Made by a program: the position numbers and the translations under genes. 25,344 nt of DNA, from assembly GCA_036149055.1 (NCBI GenBank), contig JAYZQJ010000213.1, positions 1 to 25,344 of the forward strand, written 5' to 3'. Positions within the stretch are counted from its first letter, which is position 1. Each line of letters begins with the position of its first letter. Source of the stretch: Myxococcota bacterium. GTDB taxonomy: Bacteria > Myxococcota_A > Polyangia > Polyangiales > Sandaracinaceae. The notes under the pieces are model-generated. The model worked only from the letters and a program-made list of their open reading frames with translations. It had not been told where the DNA came from and made no database searches. Shown here one piece after another: positions 7,942 to 15,268 of the stretch.

Positions 7942-8076
7942 AGGGGACGGAGTGAACTTGTGAACCTACGTAAGACTTCGTCTCACAAGCGGACCCGGCT
8001 GCTAGCCGACCAACAGACCCGCACACAACAGATGAGGGTTCGGCGGACACAAGTTCACAAGTGAACTCCGTCCCCT
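7942..8076. mobile_element. MITE/REPIN-like element with 24-bp imperfect terminal inverted repeats
   Basis: AGGGGACGGAGTGAACTTGTGAAC (7942-7965) and GTTCACAAGTGAACTCCGTCCCCT (8053-8076) are 22/24 complementary and flank a lower-GC 87-bp interior between convergent genes. Mobility is inferred. Confidence 0.6.
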
Positions 8077-9001
8077 ACCCCTCGATCGGGGACTCCAGGG
8101 CCCACGGGGCGGGAGGGGGATCGGGGGAGTCGTGCAGTAGGCCTCGGGACCACTCGAGGAGGTTTGGGGTGGGTGCGCCTCCGTGGGCGCGGTAGCTGAG
8201 GGCGCGGCCGGCGGCGCGGGCGAAGGCGCGGGGGGTCTCGGCGTCGGGGGCGAGGAAGAAGGAGACGGTGACGGGGCCGGCGCGCACGACGGCCGCCGGC
8301 TCGAGGGAGAAGAGCGCGGGGGCGTCGGCGTCGCGCGGCTTCACGTAGGCGGTCCAGCGCGCGGGGTCGGCGGCGAGGACGCCGACGGAGCGAGGCGACG
8401 CCGGCGGGAACGGCGCGTGGGCGCAGATCGTCTCCCAGGAGAAGCCGGGGAGGTGGCCGAAGGCGGCGTCGAGCCGGGCCGGCGACGCGGGGCGGAGGGC
8501 GACGAACCAGGCGTGCGATCGGCCGTCGGCGTAGGCGCTGACGACGCGGCCGGCGATCAGCTCGTCGGCGCGCTCGAGGAGCGGCGAGGGGAGCGACCGG
8601 ACCTGGTCGTAGCGCTTGAGCTCGACCCGACCATCGGACATCGCGTTGACGCCGATCACGTGGGGCGCGCCGTCGACTCCGAAGCGGGCGGCGACCGCGG
8701 CGCGGGCGTCTTCGGGCGCGTCCGACGCGTTGACGTAGACCTTCAGACACGCCCGGGCGAGGTCCCATCCCGCGATCAGCGGGAGCTCCGGGCCGCACGC
8801 CTCGAGCGCGCGATCCAGCAGCCGGCTCGGGGGCACGGCGAGCGCCTCGCGCAGGGTCTCGACCACCGCGGCCGGGGCGCGCTCGATCATCATGCGGTCG
8901 CCGCGGAGCCCGGCGGAGCCCGCGCGCACCGACGCCTCGAGCTGAGCCTCGGTCACCCCATGATGCCGGAGGTGGCGCCGCAGCTCCGCCTCGAAGATCA
9001 C
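8075..9001 (-). CDS. Putative F-family (PagF/LynF/TruF-like) ABBA prenyltransferase with an extra C-terminal module
   Basis: C-terminal 308 aa of ORF 8075..11248; GTG 9001 overlaps the relA TGA. Motifs LEASVR...R, AGWDL..LKVY...DAPE and VIGVN...DGRVELKRY parallel those I recall from PagF/LynF. The CDS is well supported; the function is moderate confidence. Confidence 0.7.
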   Translation of the reverse strand: MIFEAELRRHLRHHGVTEAQLEASVRAGSAGLRGDRMMIERAPAAVVETLREALAVPPSRLLDRALEACGPELPLIAGWDLARACLKVYVNASDAPEDARAAVAARFGVDGAPHVIGVNAMSDGRVELKRYDQVRSLPSPLLERADELIAGRVVSAYADGRSHAWFVALRPASPARLDAAFGHLPGFSWETICAHAPFPPASPRSVGVLAADPARWTAYVKPRDADAPALFSLEPAAVVRAGPVTVSFFLAPDAETPRAFARAAGRALSYRAHGGAPTPNLLEWSRGLLHDSPDPPPAPWALESPIEG

Positions 9002-11157
9002 GCCCGCTCGACGTCGTAGACGCCTTCGATCTGGCTGATGCGGCGCATCAGGGTGCGCAGCTTGGCGACGTCGCTGACCGTGAACTGGAAGTGGTTCACC
9101 GCGGAGCCGTCCTCGCCGACCCGGCAGTTCGCCTCCTGGATGTTCACGCCGCTCTCGGTGAACGCGGCGCTCACGTTGGCGAGGATGCCGGGGCGGTCGG
9201 CGGTGCTGATGCGGAGCGCGACCGGGCGGTCGACCTTCACCGCGTCGGACCAGCTCACCTCGAGGCGGCGCTCCGGGTCGAGCTCCATCGCCTTGGGGCA
9301 GCCGCGGCGGTGCACGGTCACGCCACGCCCCCGGGTGATCCAGCCGGTGATCGGGTCGCCGGGCAGCGGGTTGCAGCACTTGGCGAAGCGCACGAGCACG
9401 TCGTCGACGTCCTCGATCTTGATGCCGCCGTTGCCCCTGTCCTTGCCGGTGACGCGCCGGACCGTCTTCTCGAAGAAGCTCGGGCGGAGCGACTCGCGCG
9501 CCTTCATGTCGTCGGCGGGGACCGCGCGCTCGTAGACCTCCTGCGCGCTCGCCTTGCCGTAGCCGACCTGCGCGAAGAGCTCGTCGGTCGAGTCGACCTC
9601 GAAGCCGTGGGCGACCGAGTCGGTGTCCTTGCTCTTGAGCCACCGGGAGAACGAGTGATCGTTCTTGTGGAAGGCGCGCTCGACCAGCTCGCGGCCCAGC
9701 TTGATCGCGCTCTTGCGCTCCTCGTCCCGGATGTGCGCGCGGATCCGCGAGCGCGCCCGGCCGGTGGCGACGAAGTCGAGCCAGTCTTTGTTGGGCGACT
9801 GCTGCGGGCTGGTGATGATCTCGATCGTGTCGCCGTTGTGCAGCTTGTACCGCAGCGGGACGATCGCGCCGTTCACCCGCGCGCCGGCGCAGTGCTCGCC
9901 GACCTCGGAGTGGATCGCGTAGGCGAAGTCGACCGGGGTCGCGCCGCGCGGGAAGACCTTCAGCTCGCCGGCGGGGGTGAAGACGTAGACCTCGTCGTTG
10001 AAGAGGTCGACCTTCACCGAGTCGAGGAACTCCGCCGGGTCCGAGACCTCCTGCTGGAACTCCATCAGCTGGCGGAGCCACGCGAACTGCGCCGCGTCCT
10101 TGGCGTCGAGCCCGCCGGTCTTCTCCTTGTACTTCCAGTGCGCCGCGATGCCGAGCTCGGCCGTGCGGTGCATCTCCTGGGTCCGGATCTGGACCTCGAT
10201 GCGCCGCTGCCCGGGGCCGATGACCGTCGTGTGGAGCGACTGGTACATGTTCGGCTTCGGGAGCGCGATGTAGTCCTTGAAGCGCCCGGGGATCGGCGTC
10301 CACTGCGAGTGCACGACGCCGAGCGCCGCGTAGCAGTCGGCGACCGTCTCCATGATCACCCGGAAGGCGACGAAGTCGTGGACCTGCTCGAACTCGCAGT
10401 TGTTCTGGCGCATCTTCCGCCAGATCGAGTACTTGTGCTTGATCCGCCCGCCGACCTCGGCCGCGAAGCCGCGCTCGATGAGCATCTTCTGCAGGCGCTT
10501 GGTGACGTCCTGGATGTACTTGTCGCGGTCGCGCGAGGCCCGCTTCGCCTTGCGGCTGATCTCCCCGTAGCCCTCGGGGTGCAGGTACTTGAAGCTCAGG
10601 TCCTCGAGCTCGCTCTTCAGCCAGTAGATGCCGAGGCGGCCGGCGAGCGGCGCGTAGATGTCGAGCGTCTCCTGCGCGATCCGCTCCTGCTTCTCCGGCT
10701 TCATGTGCTGGAGCGTCCGCATGTTGTCGAGGCGGTCGGCCAGCTTCACGAGGAGCACGCGGATGTCCCGCGCCATCGCGACCAGCATCTTGCGGAAGCT
10801 CTCCGCCTGCTGGTCCTCCTTGCAGGTGAAGTTGATGCGGCCGAGCTTGGTCACGCCGTCGACGAGGAAGGCCACCTCCTCGCCGAACAGGTCGACCATC
10901 TCCTCGTTGGTCGCCGCGGTGTCCTCGACCACGTCGTGTAGGAGCGCGGCGCACACGCTCGCGGGGTCGAGGCGCATGTCGGCGATGATGTGCGCGACGG
11001 ACACCGGGTGGATGAAGTAGGGGTCCCCCGACTTCCGCATCTGCCCGTCGTGGGCCTTCGCCGAGTAGACGTAGGCCTTGTTGATCAGGTCCACGTCCGC
11101 TGCCGGGTGGTAGCTCTTCACCTTCTCGACGATGTCGGTCAGCCGAACCATGGCCAT
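8998..11157 (-). CDS. relA: Bifunctional (p)ppGpp synthetase/hydrolase (long RSH, Rel/SpoT)
   Basis: HD hydrolase (RKSGDPYFIHP, LLHDVVEDT, KLADRLDNMRTL), synthetase (RFKDYIALPKPNMYQSLHT, EVQIRT), TGS (VYVFTP, TPVDFAYAIHS), zinc finger (AKCCNP...HRRGC) and ACT (DRPGILANV). SD GGAG at 11163-11160. Confidence 0.98.
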   Translation of the reverse strand: MAMVRLTDIVEKVKSYHPAADVDLINKAYVYSAKAHDGQMRKSGDPYFIHPVSVAHIIADMRLDPASVCAALLHDVVEDTAATNEEMVDLFGEEVAFLVDGVTKLGRINFTCKEDQQAESFRKMLVAMARDIRVLLVKLADRLDNMRTLQHMKPEKQERIAQETLDIYAPLAGRLGIYWLKSELEDLSFKYLHPEGYGEISRKAKRASRDRDKYIQDVTKRLQKMLIERGFAAEVGGRIKHKYSIWRKMRQNNCEFEQVHDFVAFRVIMETVADCYAALGVVHSQWTPIPGRFKDYIALPKPNMYQSLHTTVIGPGQRRIEVQIRTQEMHRTAELGIAAHWKYKEKTGGLDAKDAAQFAWLRQLMEFQQEVSDPAEFLDSVKVDLFNDEVYVFTPAGELKVFPRGATPVDFAYAIHSEVGEHCAGARVNGAIVPLRYKLHNGDTIEIITSPQQSPNKDWLDFVATGRARSRIRAHIRDEERKSAIKLGRELVERAFHKNDHSFSRWLKSKDTDSVAHGFEVDSTDELFAQVGYGKASAQEVYERAVPADDMKARESLRPSFFEKTVRRVTGKDRGNGGIKIEDVDDVLVRFAKCCNPLPGDPITGWITRGRGVTVHRRGCPKAMELDPERRLEVSWSDAVKVDRPVALRISTADRPGILANVSAAFTESGVNIQEANCRVGEDGSAVNHFQFTVSDVAKLRTLMRRISQIEGVYDVERA

Positions 11158-11428
11158 GCTCCGTCAGCCCCTCCCAGGCTCTGGGGGAGGCTGCTCCTTC
11201 CGCACGCGCGTCTGGTCGGTGGCGGACAACACTACGCCGGCCTTGCACTGCAAGGATTGGGCGAAGACGGTATCACTGCCGAAAAAGCCGGACAAGATTA
11301 CGGACCCGGAGTGATCACAGGATAGCCACGTTCGGCCCCCGGATCGATTCGCCATGGTCACCACCATGAGGAATGTCTCGGGCTCTTCTCCCTCGGCGTC
11401 CACTCCTCCCCGTGACTCCCGGATGAGC

Positions 11429-11434
11429 TACGCT
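11429..11434 (+). promoter_or_regulatory. Putative -10 element of a leaderless pfk transcript
   Basis: TACGCT lies 7 nt before ATG 11442, with no SD sequence. Confidence 0.45.
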
Positions 11435-11441
11435 GCGCGGC

Positions 11442-12605
11442 ATGGCGGAGCCTTTTCTTCGGCCGAGCAAAGCGCCCCGGGGCGAGCGCCGGCTGCTGGC
11501 GGTGTTCGACGGCGGGAACGCGCCCGGGTACTCGTCGGTGGCGGTGGCGATCACCGAGGAGTGCGAGCGGCGCGGCTACGAGCTGTGGGCGGCGACGCAG
11601 GGCTTCCGGTCGCTGACGAAAGACGGCACGGCGGAGCTCGCGTTCGAGCGGCTCACGGTCGGGCGGAAGGAGCGCTATCGGCTGCTCGCGGAGGGCATCC
11701 CGGCGCGATCGATGGGGCGACGGGTGCAGGATCCGGGGAGCGACTTCCGGAGCGAGCGCTACCAGGGCTTCCGCGACCCGGCGGTGCGGGCCCAGGCGGC
11801 GAAGGTGTTCCGGAAGCAGGGCTTCACGCACCTGGTCGCGGTCGGCGGCAACGGCACGCTCGAGGGCACGCGCGCCTGGATGGAGGCGTTCGGGCCGGAG
11901 CGCCCGCGGACCGGCTTCGTGAACGTCTCGATCGACAACGACCTGACCGGCGACCGCGCGATCGGGTTCCTCACCGGGGTCGAGGCGGGGGCCACGATCG
12001 CGCGCGGGCTCTACGAGGACGGCTACACCCACAAGCGCGTCTACCTGCTCGAGATGATGGGCAACCGGAGCGGCCGCCACGCGCTCCACTGCGGCGTCGC
12101 CTCGCGCGCGCACCTGATCGTGCTGCCCTTCTTCTCGCTCCCGGACGAGGTGCTCGCCGAGATGGCCGAGGGCCTGGCCGGGCTCGACTCGGCGCTGGTG
12201 GTGGTGGCCGAGGGCTACGAGCGCGAGGCGCGCGAGCGCATGCCGGGCCGGCCGTCGGCGAGCGCCTACCTGCAGTCGCAGCTCGCCGCCCACGGGCTGG
12301 TCGACGAGCCGGAGCGCCGCGTGATCGCCGAGCCGTTCAGCCGCTACCTCCGCGGGGCACGCCCGGGCTTCGCCGACATCTCCGCCGCGTACCTCAAGGT
12401 CTCGCTCCTGTTCGACGCCTTCGAGGAGGGCCGCACCGAGGTGATGCCCTACGTGCTCGCCGCCAACGACTCCGGGGTGCGCGCCTTCGACGAGATCGCC
12501 CGCGAGGACCGCGTCGAGCGCAGCTTCCTCCCGCTCCTCGATCGCCTGGTGCTCCCGAAGTTCCGCCGCTGGGTCGCCGACAAGTTCACCGGCGTCGCCG
12601 TGTGA
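11442..12605 (+). CDS. pfkA: 6-phosphofructokinase (PfkA)-family sugar kinase, divergent active site
   Basis: GGNAPG, GSDFRSER, VGGNGT, SIDND, IGFLT, LEMMGN, VAEG and LRG motifs occur in PfkA order. Confidence 0.85.
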   Translation: MAEPFLRPSKAPRGERRLLAVFDGGNAPGYSSVAVAITEECERRGYELWAATQGFRSLTKDGTAELAFERLTVGRKERYRLLAEGIPARSMGRRVQDPGSDFRSERYQGFRDPAVRAQAAKVFRKQGFTHLVAVGGNGTLEGTRAWMEAFGPERPRTGFVNVSIDNDLTGDRAIGFLTGVEAGATIARGLYEDGYTHKRVYLLEMMGNRSGRHALHCGVASRAHLIVLPFFSLPDEVLAEMAEGLAGLDSALVVVAEGYEREARERMPGRPSASAYLQSQLAAHGLVDEPERRVIAEPFSRYLRGARPGFADISAAYLKVSLLFDAFEEGRTEVMPYVLAANDSGVRAFDEIAREDRVERSFLPLLDRLVLPKFRRWVADKFTGVAV

Positions 12606-13424
12606 TCAATCCACGCCGAAGCTGATGGCGGTCTGCAGGCCGACCGAGCTGCGCTGATCCACCACGACCGCGGCGGTGATCGCGCCGGCGGCGAGCACGG
12701 CGCCGCCGACGAGGATCCAGAAGAGCGGCTCCTCGAAGAAGGTCACGCCGCCGCCGCCGCCGTTCTCCGCGGCGCCGCCGCCGCCGCTCGGCATCCGGCC
12801 GACCACGCGGGGGGCGAAGGGCGAGCCCTCGGCGAGCAGCACGTTGCCGTGCATGTCGATGATCTGGACGTAGTACTCGACGCGATCGGCCTCGGCCGCG
12901 CCGTCGACCGGGACCGCGAGCACCGACTGGGCCTGGTACTCCTGCTCGGTGTACTCGGCCGCGCCCTCGAGGCGCGCCGCGAGGCGCACCCGCCGCGCCA
13001 TGTCCGTCGGGTCGCGCAGCTCCACGCGCACCGCCGAGCTCGCCCGGTCGAGGCCGGTCTCGACCGCGAGCCGCCCCTGCCGGGCCGCCCAGATGCCGCG
13101 CGCCTCGAGGTACGGGTTGCGGGCCCGCGGCGGCACGCTCTCGTCGAGCTGCGCGTCCGGGTCGATGCCGAGCATGCGCACGAAGTAGTCGCGCGCCGCG
13201 TCCTCCTCGCCCATCAGCGACGAGGCGGTCCCGAGCAGCTGATAGATCCGCACCAGCTCGTCGGGCGGGTGTCCGCCCTCGCGCAGCGCCTCGAGCGCGT
13301 GGTCCCGCGTGCCCTCGAAGTCGACCTCGAGGTAGGCGCTCTCCGCCTGCGCCAGCTCGCTCTGGGCGAGCGCGGGCGAGGCGACGAAGGTGACCAGCAG
13401 GGCGAGCCCGGCGGCGCGGATCAC
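12606..13424 (-). CDS. Exported TPR-like protein with a C-terminal membrane segment
   Basis: GTG 13424 overlaps the upstream TGA. Signal peptide ending ALA-Q, TPR-like helices (IYQLLG...AARDYFVRMLGIDPD), a beta-rich domain, a Gly linker and a hydrophobic FFEEPLFWILVGGAVLAAG segment. Confidence 0.85.
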   Translation of the reverse strand: MIRAAGLALLVTFVASPALAQSELAQAESAYLEVDFEGTRDHALEALREGGHPPDELVRIYQLLGTASSLMGEEDAARDYFVRMLGIDPDAQLDESVPPRARNPYLEARGIWAARQGRLAVETGLDRASSAVRVELRDPTDMARRVRLAARLEGAAEYTEQEYQAQSVLAVPVDGAAEADRVEYYVQIIDMHGNVLLAEGSPFAPRVVGRMPSGGGGAAENGGGGGVTFFEEPLFWILVGGAVLAAGAITAAVVVDQRSSVGLQTAISFGVD

Positions 13425-13894
13425 AGGCAACCTCGCGTGCACTTGTCCTGCGCGTTGGCGCAGCCGGGCGTGCGGCCCTGGGTCGAGACCGCGTAGTCGG
13501 CGGTCGGGTAGAGCTCGACCTCGATGGCCGGCGCGTCGGCGTAGGCCTCGGCGACGTGGCAGCCGCTCACGATGATGCGGTTGTCGCCGTCCTGCCCGAG
13601 CGCGACGTAGGCGTGGGGGCCCTCGGGGGCGGTGAACCCGACGCCCTCGCGGAGCTCGCAGACCGGGCGCCAGTCGCTGTCGATGACCGGGTCGCCGAAG
13701 TCGCTCGCGTCGATGCGCTCGAGGAGCGAGGCGCAGACGTCGAGGTCCCCGCTCGCGTCGTAGACCAGGAGCCGGCCCTGCTCGGTGAAGAGGAAGTTCT
13801 CCTCGCGCGGGAAGCCGAGATCGACCCGCACCGGCTCGGGCGCGCAGCCCGCCACCAGGCACGTCAGGAGCGCCGCCGTCAGCGCGCGGCTCAT
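13421..13894 (-). CDS. Cys-containing lipoprotein of unknown function
   Basis: ATG 13894 overlaps the upstream TGA. MSRALTAALLTCLVAGC lipobox, several Cys, C-terminal CANAQDKCTRGC. Confidence 0.82.
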   Translation of the reverse strand: MSRALTAALLTCLVAGCAPEPVRVDLGFPREENFLFTEQGRLLVYDASGDLDVCASLLERIDASDFGDPVIDSDWRPVCELREGVGFTAPEGPHAYVALGQDGDNRIIVSGCHVAEAYADAPAIEVELYPTADYAVSTQGRTPGCANAQDKCTRGCL

Positions 13895-15204
13895 CGGATC
13901 TCCTCCGCGTTGAGGGTGCGGAACCGGCAGAACGATCCGCGATCGCCGGAGAGCGTGGTCCGGTCGTCGCAGCTCGCGGTGGAGCCGGGCGCGTCGTAGC
14001 GCCAGATCTCGTAGGCGGTGACCACGTTGCCGAGGACGTCGAAGTTCACGTTGCCGCTCGCGCCCTGGTAGTCGACGTCGGTGCCCCGGCGCACGTCCGC
14101 GAGGCCCGCCGCCAGCGCGCCCGGCTCGACGAGGCCGCCGGTGTCCGAGGGCGGGCCCGACACCTGGAGCAGCGCGTCCCGGATGGCGACTCCGTCGGTG
14201 GAGCCGGCCCGGGCGATCGCGAGCGCGAGGAGCGCGACCGCGTCGTATTGGTTGGACGAGAAGGGGATGGGATCCTCGCCGTAGAAGGCGCGGTAGCGGT
14301 CGCGGAAGGCGTTGTACTCGCGGGTGGCCGGGTCGGTGATCGGCGAGGTGCCGAAGAAGCCGTCGATGAGGCCCGGGTCGGCCGCCTGGTCGACGAAGCC
14401 CGGGGCCCGGATCCCGTCGGTGCCGATCCAGGTCACGTCGGGGGTACCGCTGAGCGAGGCCCAGTCGCGCACGATGGTGCCGGCCGACCCCGGGAAGGCG
14501 ACGAGGGCCACGCAGTCCGGCATCGCGTCGCGGATCATCGACAGCTCGGCGGTGTAGCTGGCCTGCTCGTCGGCGAACGGGACCTGGGCCGCGATCACGC
14601 CGCCGCCGGCGCGGAACTCGCGCACGATGGCGTCGCCGAAGGGCTGGCCGTAGCTGTCGTCGAGGTGGAGCACGGCGAGGCTCGCGCAGGCGAGGTTCTC
14701 GGCGGCGATCGAGACCACCTTGGCCTGGAGGATGTCGGCCGGCGCGGTGCGGAAGAGGAAGCGCTCGCCTTCCGCCTGCATCATCGCCCGATCGGTGATC
14801 AGGTCGGAGGTCGAGCAGCAGGAGATCTGCGGGATCTGCGCCGGCCCGGTGATCTGGGCGAGCCCGAGGCTGATGCTGCTCGCCGCGGCGCCGATGACCG
14901 CGACCACCTCGTCGTCGTTCACGAGCCGGGTGGCGATGGCCTCGGCGCGCCCCGGGTTGGTCTCGTCGTCGACCACGATCAGCTCGATGGGCCGGCCGTC
15001 GATCGGGCCGCCGGCCGCGTTGACCTCGCGCTCCGCCACCCGCGCCGCGTCGCGCCAGCTCGGTCCGTCGGTGCCGAGCGTGCCGGTCAGCGAGGTCACG
15101 AGGCCGACCTTGATCGGCGCGAGCGTCCCGTCGGGCAGGGTCGGCTGCGGACCGCAGGCCAGCAGGCCGAGCGCCAGGACGAGCGATGCGCACCCCCTCA
15201 GCAT
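13891..15204 (-). CDS. Branched-chain amino acid-type (LivJ/LivK-like) substrate-binding lipoprotein
   Basis: LLAC lipobox, IKVGLVTSLTG, VNAAGG.IDGRPIELIVVDD, VIGAAAS, FRTAPAD, YDAVALLALA, YQGASGNVNFD. Start ATG 15204. Confidence 0.92.
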   Translation of the reverse strand: MLRGCASLVLALGLLACGPQPTLPDGTLAPIKVGLVTSLTGTLGTDGPSWRDAARVAEREVNAAGGPIDGRPIELIVVDDETNPGRAEAIATRLVNDDEVVAVIGAAASSISLGLAQITGPAQIPQISCCSTSDLITDRAMMQAEGERFLFRTAPADILQAKVVSIAAENLACASLAVLHLDDSYGQPFGDAIVREFRAGGGVIAAQVPFADEQASYTAELSMIRDAMPDCVALVAFPGSAGTIVRDWASLSGTPDVTWIGTDGIRAPGFVDQAADPGLIDGFFGTSPITDPATREYNAFRDRYRAFYGEDPIPFSSNQYDAVALLALAIARAGSTDGVAIRDALLQVSGPPSDTGGLVEPGALAAGLADVRRGTDVDYQGASGNVNFDVLGNVVTAYEIWRYDAPGSTASCDDRTTLSGDRGSFCRFRTLNAEEIR

Positions 15205-15211
15205 CCTCGGG

Positions 15212-15220
15212 AACCTACCA
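15212..15220 (-). promoter_or_regulatory. Extended -10 element, leaderless-type
   Basis: Minus strand TG-G-TAGGTT lies 7 nt before ATG 15204. Confidence 0.5.
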
Positions 15221-15256
15221 TAGGGCCGGGGGCCCGGCGCACCTTCCGCGCGCGTG

Positions 15257-15262
15257 TATGCT
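15257..15262 (+). promoter_or_regulatory. Putative -10 element, leaderless-type
   Basis: TATGCT lies 6 nt before ATG 15269. Confidence 0.5.
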
Positions 15263-15268
15263 CCCCGG

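Noticed and set aside
7960..8064. 34-aa ORF (VNLRKTSSHKRTRLLADQQ...) after the double rSAM gene as a precursor peptide; also minus ORF 7703..8050
   Set aside because: Both start within the inverted-repeat element, have atypical codon usage and show no leader/core pattern.
9002..11248. N-terminal 749 aa of the 1057-aa ORF 8075..11248
   Set aside because: This is an Arg/Gly/Pro-rich alternative frame over relA; only the part from GTG 9001 looks like a real protein. The same applies to the upstream parts of ORFs 4416..6158, 4428..6584, 12606..13862, 13421..15193 and 14248..17253.
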